Source: a virus
Direction: 5' to 3' (one strand)
IMG/VR virus record: IMGVR_UViG_3300035188_000399
Coordinates: 1 to 64,000 of that record
Length of the DNA: 64,000 nucleotides
Shown: one piece after another, positions 46,134 to 55,182 of the stretch
Layout of the letters: each line of letters opens with the position of its first letter
Position numbering within the stretch: position 1 is the stretch's first letter
Notes under the pieces: generated by a model
Databases searched by the model: none
The model's input: only the letters and a program-made list of their open reading frames with translations
What the model was told of the DNA's origin: nothing
Position numbers and translations under genes: made by a program

Positions 46134-47115
46134 CTTATTTGTTAACTAAAGGTCGTTAAGCTTTAGTAGTGGTTTGGCGAGTATTAGTTAATTAATAATT
46201 TTTCCAAGTTTTCCCATTACGTATTGAGTTTATGGTGCCTTTATTAACACCATAAATTTCTGCTATTTCAGGATCTCTTTTCCCTTCAGCAAACATTTTA
46301 CGTATACTTGGTATATCTTCCGCTGAAAGTTTAGCCATATGTTTAGCAATAAATTTGCCATACGCTACAACTACATCAGCTCTGTTTTCAGGTGTCCACC
46401 CTGTAATATGTGACCACCGATGGCCTTTGTTTATTTTACTTATAAGCTGTTGATTAACACCAAAAACTTCTGCAATTTCAGGACCAGAATACTTACCTGT
46501 TAATAGTAATTCTTTTATTTCTAAAACATCTTCATTGCACAATCTTGCATTAAAATGTTCTTCACCCTTTTTACTTACTTGTAATCCTGTTTCAAACGCA
46601 TGTAATTGGTTTTCAGATTGCGTACACCACTCTAAATTGTTAACACAATTATTTTGCTTATTTCCGTCAATATGATTAACTTGCGGTCTGTTATCAGTAT
46701 TTTCAATAAATACTTCAGCAACAATTCTATGAACAGGCGTTATAATACCATTAACCGATACGCGAGAGTATCTTTCAATATTATGTTTAAGAATTAAACC
46801 TGTTTTGTCATTTCTGATTTGACCGTCAGTATTTACTGAGTACATTGTATCTCTATATTGTTTCCACATTTTACTTCTCCAAAAGTGCTCGCCAAAGCAC
46901 TATCTATATATTACTATATAGAACAGACTATATCATCAACAATTTCTTGTTGTTCCGCGCTTCCCAAGGACTTCCTCAGTACGAATTTCATCATCGGTTC
47001 TCGACGGTATATTCTAGTCGTTACACTTTCAAAAGCATTCCTGCTTAAGCTTAGCTCGGTATTGTCCCATAAGGATATCCACCGAATTCACGGAATTTTA
47101 AAAGGTCATTTGTTC
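46134..47115 (-). mobile_element. Group I intron (982 nt) in terL
   Basis: P1 AAAGGUU/GACCUUU with U.G at the 5' splice site; P/Q/R/S-like elements GAAUUCGGUGGA, AAUACCGAGC, GUAACGACUA, GAUAUAGUCU; terminal G; splicing restores STPKG-Y-NFFH. Confidence 0.9.
46192..46869 (-). CDS. Intron-encoded HNH homing endonuclease
   Basis: VHRIVAEVF...VNHIDGNKQNNCVNNLEW plus two C-terminal HTH-like repeats. Confidence 0.9.
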   Translation of the reverse strand: MWKQYRDTMYSVNTDGQIRNDKTGLILKHNIERYSRVSVNGIITPVHRIVAEVFIENTDNRPQVNHIDGNKQNNCVNNLEWCTQSENQLHAFETGLQVSKKGEEHFNARLCNEDVLEIKELLLTGKYSGPEIAEVFGVNQQLISKINKGHRWSHITGWTPENRADVVVAYGKFIAKHMAKLSAEDIPSIRKMFAEGKRDPEIAEIYGVNKGTINSIRNGKTWKNY

Positions 47116-47656
47116 AACCTTTAGGTGTACTAATAACTAATGAACGTCCAGGACTTCTAGCACCATAACTTAATGCTCTTTTATTAGACCATCTAGTGGC
47201 AATAGTAGGCTGTATTACAGACATCCATGCATCTTCAGCACCAAGACCTTTGGTACATGATGATATCTCATCCCATACGACAAAATAAGAACCCTTGCCA
47301 CGCATACGTTCTACTGATTCATATGATAATAATCTTAATTCAACATTATTAGCGAACCAAAATCGTCCTAAGTCACGGGACATTTTGATAGCATAGTCTT
47401 CCATTCCCAAGTCGTATGCTATTAAAGGAAAATAAATATCCTTTACTTGATCATAAGTAGGAGCAATGATGTACACTGTCTTATTAGGCACCTTAGCTGC
47501 TAGCTCGAGTAATTCAAATACAGCTGTAACTGCACACACAGCAGCCATATATGATTTACCCCAACCCCTAGCGCAACACACTACGGCATATCTTAATTTC
47601 TGCTCTACAAATAAATGTTTATATATTTCAGATTGTGCTGGATGAAGGTTAATCAT
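47116..47656 (-). CDS. terL: Terminase large subunit, exon 1 (ATPase)
   Basis: LHPAQ, ARGWGKS Walker A, VVWDE Walker B, ISTPKG motif III. Confidence 0.92.
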
Positions 47657-47777
47657 ATAATACTAAGTCAATGAGATCGTTTAAAACGCATATACCTAAA
47701 TACATCAATACAACAATAACCCATGTTGATGTCTCTAAAAAGGCATATGATGCAAACATAATTAAATTAGTAAACAT
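47649..47777 (-). CDS. 42-aa hydrophobic protein, not in ORF track
   Basis: MFTNLIMFASYAFLETSTWVIVVLMYLGICVL...; TAATG coupling. Confidence 0.45.
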   Translation of the reverse strand: MFTNLIMFASYAFLETSTWVIVVLMYLGICVLNDLIDLVLYD

Positions 47778-47932
47778 TATAATGTAATCCAAATCAATAA
47801 TAATATCGCTACTGCTGTCTGACATAGTAGGGCCTTAATCGCTAGTTGTTCGTTTTTAGGGATAAAATAAATTGTTAACATCATCAATGCTACTTGTGAG
47901 AACACAAATAACAGTTGAGCATTTTCACTCAT
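47777..47932 (-). CDS. 51-aa two-TM protein, not in ORF track
   Basis: MSENAQLLFVFSQVALMMLTIYFIP...AVAILLLIWITL; overlaps the terS stop. Confidence 0.5.
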   Translation of the reverse strand: MSENAQLLFVFSQVALMMLTIYFIPKNEQLAIKALLCQTAVAILLLIWITL

Positions 47933-48359
47933 AATCTTCGTCGTCACTATCATTATACTCCCCTATAACATGTGTGTCACCTTCTCTAGTTAAATTAATA
48001 ACTAATGGGGATCTCATTTTATCTTCTATGATATTAGTCTCTGGAACACGTCCATATTTATAACGCAACAGTTTATCTGACACAGCTGTCATCTTATCTA
48101 TTAAATTCATATGTGTCTGTTCATTATACCATTTAGTCTTACCTGTAGATGTTAATGGTACTATTTTATTATCACGCCAGTCATTATAATATTGTAATTG
48201 TTCTTCTAAGAATCTATACTGGTGTACTAATGCTTCAATAGGATCAAACCCTAAATCTTTAAGCTTAGCTACACTCAAACGTCCACCAGCAGTTAAATTA
48301 CTCAGACGTTGTATCTTGACACCATCTTCTCTCTTCAGTGGCTTTGTCTGTGTGTCCAT
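47925..48359 (-). CDS. Probable terminase small subunit
   Basis: Size, helical character, position upstream of terL. Confidence 0.55.
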   Translation of the reverse strand: MDTQTKPLKREDGVKIQRLSNLTAGGRLSVAKLKDLGFDPIEALVHQYRFLEEQLQYYNDWRDNKIVPLTSTGKTKWYNEQTHMNLIDKMTAVSDKLLRYKYGRVPETNIIEDKMRSPLVINLTREGDTHVIGEYNDSDDEDYE

Positions 48360-48445
48360 AGTTTACTCACATTTCAGTTTGCATTCAATGAGTTACGTCT
48401 CCGTAGCCCTCTATTTTAAAAATTAACAATTATTTATTATTAATC

Positions 48446-48464
48446 TTAGGGTTAATTTAACGGG
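48446..48464 (-). promoter_or_regulatory. Conserved motif class I
   Basis: Exact 19-mer upstream of terS. Confidence 0.75.
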
Positions 48465-48511
48465 GTTTTATATATGTTTCTGCGCCTGTGCCCCTTGGAT
48501 AAAGTCAGGAG

Positions 48512-48624
48512 ATCCCTTAAGGTATATATCTATTAGTTAATTATTAATGATTAATAACTAAGGACTAACAACTAAGGGATAATAAATCAGGGGGAGCGGC
48601 TTTAGGGTTAATTTAACGGGGTCT
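48512..48624. repeat. ~110-bp composite element copy B (contains class I motif at 48602-48620)
   Basis: Aligns with 27551-27660. Confidence 0.75.
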
Positions 48625-48627
48625 GGA

Positions 48628-48831
48628 CTATACGACAATATAGAAAGTTGATCGAGAAGATCGACAATAAGAACCATCACTCATATACCAATTAAATTCT
48701 GTTTCTATGCCCATTGGTGGTAGTATATCTTTATTTTCTCCTGTAATAACTACTGTTGGTGATTTATATGCTACCTGTAATGTTCTACCGATAGTGTCTG
48801 TTATTGTACTGCCTAATATTATATCGTTCAT
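48628..48831 (-). CDS. Hypothetical protein, possible degenerate member of the accessory domain family
   Basis: IILGSTITDTIG...WYMSDG. Confidence 0.5.
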   Translation of the reverse strand: MNDIILGSTITDTIGRTLQVAYKSPTVVITGENKDILPPMGIETEFNWYMSDGSYCRSSRSTFYIVV

Positions 48832-49178
48832 TTTTTGAAAAACTCCCCATAAAGTGATTCTGTTCTTTCTACCCATGCTACATGCGCTTCATATTCTGTA
48901 TCAAATTGCCCAATATAATATGTTTTATTCTCATATCTAACTTGAGATATCCATTTATTTCTACGTTTACACCAATAAACACCTTTATACTGGCTTGATG
49001 TGTCATCGCCATTAGACTTTTTCCATTTCTTTCTATTACGACAATTCTCTGCATGTGTAGCTAATCGTAAATTTGATAAGTCATCATTCATATTATCTTG
49101 GTCTATATGGTCAATTTCATAACCTTCTGGAATTGGTCCATATGCTGCAATCCAAATTTTACGTGTTTTGTTACTCAT
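48828..49178 (-). CDS. HNH endonuclease with AP2-like domain
   Basis: IDHIDQDNMNDDLSNLRLATHAEN, then SQYKGVYW...YIGQFDT. Confidence 0.88.
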   Translation of the reverse strand: MSNKTRKIWIAAYGPIPEGYEIDHIDQDNMNDDLSNLRLATHAENCRNRKKWKKSNGDDTSSQYKGVYWCKRRNKWISQVRYENKTYYIGQFDTEYEAHVAWVERTESLYGEFFKK

Positions 49179-49193
49179 ATTATTCCTTAAAGC

Positions 49194-49240
49194 AAAAAAA
49201 ATAAGGGGCCTCCTACCACCCCGAAGGGCAGTAGGAGGGG
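49194..49240 (-). terminator. Rho-independent terminator
   Basis: CCTCCTAC...CCCGAAGGG...GTAGGAGG stem with a long U-tract. Confidence 0.7.
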
Positions 49241-49245
49241 TAAAA

Positions 49246-49608
49246 TTAAGAAATCTTTTTAACTAAATCATCTTCACTTTGTTCAGTAGAATGACCATCA
49301 AAAGTAAATACACGGGCTGCTGCTATAGAAGTGTTAGCATGAAATACACCCATAATAGGATATTTAACTTTATGGTCGTCACACACGCTTACAATAGTCA
49401 CTAGTTCCGTGCCATCACGTGTTTCCCACACGTCGCCTACTTTGAATTTAGGTTCAAACTCTGATTCTCTAAACCAACTCGTGCTATAGTTATTATTACA
49501 ATAAGATACACATAAATATGGTGCTGCATCTCCTTTATGCGCTATATACACAATTTCCCAATCACCTGACCATCTAAAAGGTTTTACTTTATCGCCTACT
49601 TTAAACAT
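49246..49608 (-). CDS. Accessory repeat-domain family protein (2 copies)
   Basis: FKVGD... twice, TRDG, YP, DL. Confidence 0.7.
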   Translation of the reverse strand: MFKVGDKVKPFRWSGDWEIVYIAHKGDAAPYLCVSYCNNNYSTSWFRESEFEPKFKVGDVWETRDGTELVTIVSVCDDHKVKYPIMGVFHANTSIAAARVFTFDGHSTEQSEDDLVKKIS

Positions 49609-49967
49609 TAATGTGCCTCCCTAATTAAATCATATGTAGTTTTCTCGGTCTTATAATAAGAACCATCTGCATAAAACCAGCGACCTGTACAAGGTTCGCC
49701 TATTTTAGCCGCCCAGTAGTTACCATGACTATCGTTATAGCGCACTTCAAACCTAGAGTCTTCTTGGTCAATATAGGTATGAAACACTTCTAGCTTTATT
49801 GGCATGACAATATCGCAGACTTTACCATCCCACGATTTACCATTAGCATGAAACCAATTAAGATTATCTGTAAAGAGATTAATGACAGCAAACCTATCAT
49901 CTTTCTCATACATGACATACATACGATGTTGATTGGTATTTCTATACTCTTTACCTACTTCAATCAT
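49608..49967 (-). CDS. Accessory repeat-domain family protein (2 copies)
   Basis: IEVGKEY...WFHANG...DI / LEVFHTY...WFYADG...DL. Confidence 0.7.
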   Translation of the reverse strand: MIEVGKEYRNTNQHRMYVMYEKDDRFAVINLFTDNLNWFHANGKSWDGKVCDIVMPIKLEVFHTYIDQEDSRFEVRYNDSHGNYWAAKIGEPCTGRWFYADGSYYKTEKTTYDLIREAH

Positions 49968-50341
49968 GCTATTTTCTCCTTTAATGGATAGTTGTTACGA
50001 TTAGATGCTTTACCATCGCGTGAATAGTACACAACCTTTTGCCCAATGGTGTTAGGGTATATAACAGCTAGAATTGGGTGCGTAACAAAGTCACTAGGAT
50101 TTATAGCAGCTATCAACACTCTATTATTAAAGTGATCTAACCAAGTTTCGCCTGGATGAATGTCTAAACATGTATAATTAAACAGCAAATCTTTACCGCC
50201 TGTTTTACACTTACCTGATGCATCATATCCTGCATAAGCGCCTGTAAAGGGATACCGACCAATGTATTCGTCGCCTGTCCTTGCTACAATGTCAACTTTA
50301 TTCATATCGCTGTCGCGATATATTTCACCTACTTCAATCAT
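49964..50341 (-). CDS. Accessory repeat-domain family protein (2 copies)
   Basis: IEVGEIY...YDASG...DL / IHPGETW...YSRDG. Confidence 0.7.
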   Translation of the reverse strand: MIEVGEIYRDSDMNKVDIVARTGDEYIGRYPFTGAYAGYDASGKCKTGGKDLLFNYTCLDIHPGETWLDHFNNRVLIAAINPSDFVTHPILAVIYPNTIGQKVVYYSRDGKASNRNNYPLKEKIA

Positions 50342-50496
50342 GGCAGTTTACCTCATTTTGAGCAATTAAAGAGTCCATAATTTCTGGAATAACTAATGTT
50401 GTAGTCATACCAGGAATTGGAGTGTTAGAATACACTGTGTTATCAAATATAATGTATGGTGTTCCCATTAGGGATATAAATAATAGTGCGCACATG

Positions 50497-50712
50497 TTAT
50501 TTTCCTGTTAAACAATGATGTAGAATGTTATGAATAATGCGATTCTCTTCAGCTTCGTCGGCTGCTTTCTGGCTTATTGCCCTTAACGCTTCTAACTTGA
50601 TCTCTGTGCAGTTGATTGCTGCTTGCAATTCTAATGCTGTTTCTTTTGACAGTATTGCTTGGTCTACTTGGAACGTGTACTCGAAGTGCGTGTCTGCTTG
50701 GAACAGTACCAT
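50497..50712 (-). CDS. Hypothetical protein
   Basis: 71-aa ORF with GGAG RBS. Confidence 0.5.
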   Translation of the reverse strand: MVLFQADTHFEYTFQVDQAILSKETALELQAAINCTEIKLEALRAISQKAADEAEENRIIHNILHHCLTGK

Positions 50713-50889
50713 GTTTTTTCTCCAATTTAGCTATGAATGTATGAATATGATGTCCACCAAATATATCTCCAACCCATGCCTTTACTATAGGTTTCTTAGA
50801 GAACATCATATTGTTCTTGTACTCAAACTTATCACCATCAATGTCAACGCCCGTGAAGGCGTTAACACTATTAGACAGTAATAAGAGTA

Positions 50890-51084
50890 TTACAGCAATT
50901 TTGACCATTGGAATCGCATCATACGTGCGACTTCATGCCAAGCTTCGTAATCAATGGTGTATATCTTACCATCAACTTTCATTAATCTATCATTACCTTC
51001 TACATATAGATGCAGTTTAACAATGTGATCAAAGTTAAGAGCGATGAGCTCTTCTTCTGTACTCTTAATTATAATGATATTCAT
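50890..51084 (-). CDS. Hypothetical protein
   Basis: 64-aa ORF, ATGA coupling. Confidence 0.55.
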   Translation of the reverse strand: MNIIIIKSTEEELIALNFDHIVKLHLYVEGNDRLMKVDGKIYTIDYEAWHEVARMMRFQWSKLL

Positions 51085-51554
51085 TCGTCCATCCCGATAA
51101 ATTCCATACCTAATTCTTTACGAACTGCCGTTCTACACTCTAAAGCTTCTGCTAAAGTTCTGAATGTTCTTCCAGTTCTACTGCCCTCAAAGTTAATCGC
51201 AAAATCGTAAACGATCCTTTCATTTGAAACTCGGGGTTTAATGTCTCTGTACACACTTCTAATAGTTGTACCATCTTGTAAATATAAATTTTCAATTTTG
51301 GTGTTATTTCTATTATTGTCTACATACCCTAAATAATCTTTGCGGCCAAGTACAATGCCATGATGGTATGTCCATATAAGGCGTGCAGCTACATACATCT
51401 TTCCCTTGTGCTGTACGACACGATCACCTTTTGAACTAAATTTTACAGCATTATGACTGTGTTTAAATTTAGCATCTTTCCAATACAAGCAACCTGTAAT
51501 AGAATCATAGTCGAATAATTTTTTAAGCTCTTGCTGAATCATTTGTAATACCAT
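51081..51554 (-). CDS. Degenerate HNH-like protein
   Basis: LFDYDSITG...ARLIWTYHHG...YVDNNRNNTKIENL; catalytic His replaced. Confidence 0.6.
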   Translation of the reverse strand: MVLQMIQQELKKLFDYDSITGCLYWKDAKFKHSHNAVKFSSKGDRVVQHKGKMYVAARLIWTYHHGIVLGRKDYLGYVDNNRNNTKIENLYLQDGTTIRSVYRDIKPRVSNERIVYDFAINFEGSRTGRTFRTLAEALECRTAVRKELGMEFIGMDE

Positions 51555-51867
51555 TTAGTAGTGTTGAAAATTTACCCAAAGTAGGTAATGGATAAGTTGG
51601 AATATACATATTGTCAATCTTTATGTTAAATGAGCTTTTATCTCTAAAGCTTAGCCTTTTAGCAGGCCATTCACCATAATATATGCGCCATGCCAGACGC
51701 GCCATTGTTGTTTGTTTTTTATAACACCGTGAATTAACTACATATTGTTCACCTTTTTTACCATTTGCAGTAAAGCCTACATATCTGTGATAACGATTCC
51801 ATATTTTACCTTTGATAGGATCATAATTGTAATAACCATCTTTAATCCAAATATCAAATTCTTTCAT
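51523..51867 (-). CDS. Degenerate HNH-like protein
   Basis: YDPIKG...ARLAWRIYYGEWP...FRDKSSFNIKIDNM. Confidence 0.55.
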   Translation of the reverse strand: MKEFDIWIKDGYYNYDPIKGKIWNRYHRYVGFTANGKKGEQYVVNSRCYKKQTTMARLAWRIYYGEWPAKRLSFRDKSSFNIKIDNMYIPTYPLPTLGKFSTLLNGITNDSARA

Positions 51868-51869
51868 AA

Positions 51870-52544
51870 CTATTTCTCGTTAATAAAAGTTAATACGTCA
51901 CGACCTAATATAATTAAGTCATTTTCAATAATACCGTCTGCTAAGATTAATATAGAACCCTCTTTAATTTCCACTAAGAATTCATAATCGTCTCTTTTAA
52001 ACTTAGCGGTTCTGCCATCTACCCCTGTAATACTAAATGCTCCACGTGTAACATCAGTTTCTAATTTAATACCTGGTTGTGTTGCAATGATCTCTTTTAA
52101 ACGCTTAAATGCTTCATCACTTGCTAAAGAGACACTAACTTTCATATCGTCAATTTTACAATTTGGATATAAAAGTTTTAATAAATCCACTTCAGCATTA
52201 GAAGAACATTTTAATGTTTTAGACTCAAGTGTAACAATTGCATTCTTAGGCACTATTTGCAAGGCTCTGTCTAAAGATAATCCCAAGAATTCATTGATTA
52301 GCCCTCTCTTTCTATATGCAGCAAATGGAATACTTGCATACATTTGAGTCTCTTCTGGCAAATCAAATATTACACGCATTTGAGTTTGTCTAGAAGTATT
52401 TAAAAGATCTTCTTTAGACACTAAGGGAATCCCTATTAATACTAATTCATTACATTTTTCAACTAAAGTTTTACCTTCATTACGGGCCATTACTGCAACC
52501 GCATCACGAATTTTGTGTGTTGTATATACTGTAACTGTTTTCAT
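51870..52544 (-). CDS. Hypothetical protein with ribbon-helix-helix-like N-terminus
   Basis: MKTVTVY...AVMARNEGKTLVEKCNELV. Confidence 0.5.
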   Translation of the reverse strand: MKTVTVYTTHKIRDAVAVMARNEGKTLVEKCNELVLIGIPLVSKEDLLNTSRQTQMRVIFDLPEETQMYASIPFAAYRKRGLINEFLGLSLDRALQIVPKNAIVTLESKTLKCSSNAEVDLLKLLYPNCKIDDMKVSVSLASDEAFKRLKEIIATQPGIKLETDVTRGAFSITGVDGRTAKFKRDDYEFLVEIKEGSILILADGIIENDLIILGRDVLTFINEK

Positions 52545-52570
52545 TTGATGTTCCTTTAATTAAATTAGAT

Positions 52571-52602
52571 TAAAAACCCCTTAACCATTACGGTCAAGGG
52601 GT
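52571..52602 (-). terminator. Rho-independent terminator
   Basis: ACCCCTT/AAGGGGT stem with U-tract. Confidence 0.7.
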
Positions 52603-52614
52603 GTTTGTTAAAAA

Positions 52615-53229
52615 TTACTTACCAGCTTTTGCTTCACGTTTTAAACGATTAGCTTCACGTTTTGCAGCTAATTCAGCTACAGCTTCTGGGCCTTTAGCCT
52701 CAGCTTCTGCATCTTCTTCAGCACGTTTCTTAGCTTGGTATTCTGCTAAACCAGCAGCAGCTTTAGGTGATACTTCGCGTTTCTCAACGCCAGCACTATA
52801 AGCTTCCAAAATAGCAGCAGAATTACTAACAACATAATCAGCAAGTTCAGGATTACCTGATGCTTGTAAGATTTCTGTTTTAGCGGCTTCTACTTTTTCT
52901 TCAGCAGTTAAACGTTTAACAGCAGGCCATCTGAACGAATCTAAGACAGCTTTTGCATTGTCAAATAAGAAACCTGAAGTGATTTCCGCTAATGCTTTTT
53001 CCAATTTGTTATAATCAGATTTAGTCACACGACGAATAGTACCACTTTCGAAAGCAGATTCAACTGTGTCTTGGTTATCTACTAACCAATCGGCGACTTC
53101 CGTTTGATTGTTTACAGCTGTTAACATAGCTGCTAAAATCAATGGACGTCTAACAAAGTTTAATGCTTCTGCTTTAGTTGCAAATGTTTGACCGTTTACT
53201 ACGAATGCTTGTTGGATTTGAACTGACAT
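52615..53229 (-). CDS. Hypothetical, probably highly expressed protein with Ala/Lys-rich tail
   Basis: Capsid-like codon bias; own motif upstream and terminator downstream. Confidence 0.8.
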   Translation of the reverse strand: MSVQIQQAFVVNGQTFATKAEALNFVRRPLILAAMLTAVNNQTEVADWLVDNQDTVESAFESGTIRRVTKSDYNKLEKALAEITSGFLFDNAKAVLDSFRWPAVKRLTAEEKVEAAKTEILQASGNPELADYVVSNSAAILEAYSAGVEKREVSPKAAAGLAEYQAKKRAEEDAEAEAKGPEAVAELAAKREANRLKREAKAGK

Positions 53230-53363
53230 GATGAATTCCTTAAGATAAATTATTAATTAATATTTATCTGTGCGGTCCCACTTAGTGCGCTCTTGCCCAA
53301 GGCTTCTTACCAATGCTCTTACAGTTATTAACACGAGATGAGAGTCTAACTTCTTATTTGAAA

Positions 53364-53382
53364 TTAGGGTTAATTTAACGGG
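53364..53382 (-). promoter_or_regulatory. Conserved motif class I
   Basis: Exact 19-mer. Confidence 0.75.
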
Positions 53383-53430
53383 GTTGGCACACTCGCATTA
53401 CAACCCGAACCCGTTAATGTACTGCTTTTG

Positions 53431-53784
53431 CTACGCGGTGGCCGCAGGTGGCACGAGAAATCTGTCCCATGCCTGCAGGGATGCCTCGGACGCGGTTGCT
53501 CCGTGTGCCCCCGTTTCTGCCCCAAAATTGGGCACCTGCACGCCCACTGGCACAACTGGCGGCTCATCGCCAATCTCAATCAAATCCAGCGGCATACCCA
53601 TATCCGCATCAGCTATATTGAAATAGCCTTTAATAGACCATGTTCCGCGTTCCCAATCCCCGTCTTCATCCTTGTAAAGACCAATTACACGATAAGGATC
53701 TACTGTATATTGTTCATCAATTATTGCTAATAAGAGAACTGGGAAACCACATCTAGTTTCATATACTTTATTAATATTAATCAT
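53431..53784 (-). CDS. Accessory repeat-domain family protein
   Basis: ININKVYETRCG...WSIKG...DLIE. Confidence 0.7.
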   Translation of the reverse strand: MININKVYETRCGFPVLLLAIIDEQYTVDPYRVIGLYKDEDGDWERGTWSIKGYFNIADADMGMPLDLIEIGDEPPVVPVGVQVPNFGAETGAHGATASEASLQAWDRFLVPPAATA

Positions 53785-54032
53785 TTTCTTACTACCCCTT
53801 GGCTTGGATCTTGAAGTTCGACAAGCTCATAAACGTGCTTGCCATCGATTACAACACCACCAATATTAGTTTGGTGGACTAGCTTATAGCCATCGTATTT
53901 TGAACTTACGACAGCTAAACATATTATTACCGCTACCATCATTCCGATGATAAAGGATATTAAATCAAATTTTTCCTTCATGTTATTAACCTCTTGGTTT
54001 GTTAATAAAAGTTTACCTTTAAACTCTTTCAT
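53781..54032 (-). CDS. Small membrane protein
   Basis: LISFIIGMMVAVIICLAVV TM; true start may be the second Met. Confidence 0.6.
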   Translation of the reverse strand: MKEFKGKLLLTNQEVNNMKEKFDLISFIIGMMVAVIICLAVVSSKYDGYKLVHQTNIGGVVIDGKHVYELVELQDPSQGVVRK

Positions 54033-54054
54033 ATAAGATACCTAATTTGCCGCA
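54029..54054 (-). promoter_or_regulatory. Conserved motif class II, copy 3
   Basis: Plus strand TCATATAAGATACC-TAATTTG-CCGCA. Confidence 0.7.
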
Positions 54055-54254
54055 ATTAAATCTAAGTCATTATCAAAGACTTCTTCATCACATCTGCCGT
54101 CAAGCCTCCATCTTTCATCAATCCACTCTGCATAATCAGTGTCATAGTAGCGACCCAACACTGGATACTCAGTTTTAACTGATGTGATAATTTGATGTAC
54201 TTCAGTTTTAAAGCCACATCGAGTTTTATACTTCTTTTGAATCTCTATTTTCAT
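54042..54254 (-). CDS. Accessory repeat-domain family protein
   Basis: IEIQKKYKTRCG...YPVLG...WRLDG...DLI. Confidence 0.7.
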   Translation of the reverse strand: MKIEIQKKYKTRCGFKTEVHQIITSVKTEYPVLGRYYDTDYAEWIDERWRLDGRCDEEVFDNDLDLIAAN

Positions 54255-54441
54255 ATCGGAACCTATAAGAAAAGTTTTTAGTGCTCATTGTGTAGACTTC
54301 ACCAGTCATTGTATATTGATATACAATAGAGTCTACCCAACGGGTTTCACGACTACAATGCATCATACCTTCATATAGCACTTTAACTCTCGTGCCGGCT
54401 GAATTGCCAATATACTCTTGCCCTACAATTGGAACTATCAT
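54226..54441 (-). CDS. Hypothetical protein (DUF1653-like SH3 fold candidate)
   Basis: VGQEY...VKVLY...IVYQ...GEVY...F..RF. Confidence 0.5.
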   Translation of the reverse strand: MIVPIVGQEYIGNSAGTRVKVLYEGMMHCSRETRWVDSIVYQYTMTGEVYTMSTKNFSYRFRYENRDSKEV

Positions 54442-54671
54442 TCGTGTACCTCTTCAACTAAGTCTTGGCCAAATCTATTACGACCCCATTCGTCTACAAT
54501 TAACACAGGATGACGTTGTGAAATCCCTTTTCTAATATTAGCAGTCCAATTGCCGTCGTCATCTGCGTGAATAACCTTATAAACACGGCCATCTTCTGTG
54601 CGATATTGTGTACCTACCTTTAATGATAAGGCTCTTCGTGATTTAAAACTCATCATTTCACGTATAAACAT
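54438..54671 (-). CDS. Accessory repeat-domain family protein
   Basis: LKVGTQYRTEDG...DEWG...DLVEEV. Confidence 0.65.
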   Translation of the reverse strand: MFIREMMSFKSRRALSLKVGTQYRTEDGRVYKVIHADDDGNWTANIRKGISQRHPVLIVDEWGRNRFGQDLVEEVHE

Positions 54672-54680
54672 ATTATTACC

Positions 54681-55004
54681 TCACCCGTAGAGCGGTACTA
54701 GATTTCTAATCGTACTTTCTAACTTTGTTGGATTAAAACCTTTAACCGTCCCATCTGGTTTAATTCTTGAAAATTCTTCTTTCCACTCTCCAGTAAACGA
54801 ACCATCAAAACTTGATCTAACTGCCCCTTCGTATAACCACCCTACAGGTTTTTGTTTATTGTCGTGCATTGCCATCATTGCATTAGCAAACCAACCAAAC
54901 ATAGCTTCCCTATCAACATTGCAATTAGGGTAGGTTTTAAAAAAGAAATCTGTCCACTCTCTTGCATCTGTACTGCTGTGAATGCTCATATCGTAGTCAC
55001 TCAT
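54681..55004 (-). CDS. Hypothetical protein
   Basis: DAREW...MFGWFANAMMA. Confidence 0.65.
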   Translation of the reverse strand: MSDYDMSIHSSTDAREWTDFFFKTYPNCNVDREAMFGWFANAMMAMHDNKQKPVGWLYEGAVRSSFDGSFTGEWKEEFSRIKPDGTVKGFNPTKLESTIRNLVPLYG

Positions 55005-55007
55005 AAA

Positions 55008-55163
55008 TTACCCCGGTGGATTGCATGAGTAGCACATGCAGTTTCTGTGATAGCCGTGTGGGCCAAGAATTCTGTCACCATCTTCCTCCCAATTTTCTTC
55101 CTCTGGTTCTGGATCGTAATCCCATTCTTGTGATTCAGTTAGTCTGCCTCTATAAAATGTCAT
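55008..55163 (-). CDS. 51-aa acidic, Cys/His-rich protein, not in ORF track
   Basis: MTFYRG...HGYHRNCMCYSC. Confidence 0.5.
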   Translation of the reverse strand: MTFYRGRLTESQEWDYDPEPEEENWEEDGDRILGPHGYHRNCMCYSCNPPG

Positions 55164-55182
55164 ATCTTATCTCTCAGTAAAT

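Noticed and set aside
45349-47656. terL as a pseudogene, two-gene terminase or stop-codon recoding
   Set aside because: Group I intron splicing restores the frame exactly; other genes read normally in the standard code
53230-53363. HDV-like/theta or twister ribozyme in the leader
   Set aside because: I could not build a consistent pseudoknotted fold by eye
53383-53570. Sigma54 promoters (TGGCAC)
   Set aside because: No correctly spaced TTGC -12 element follows the TGGCAC words
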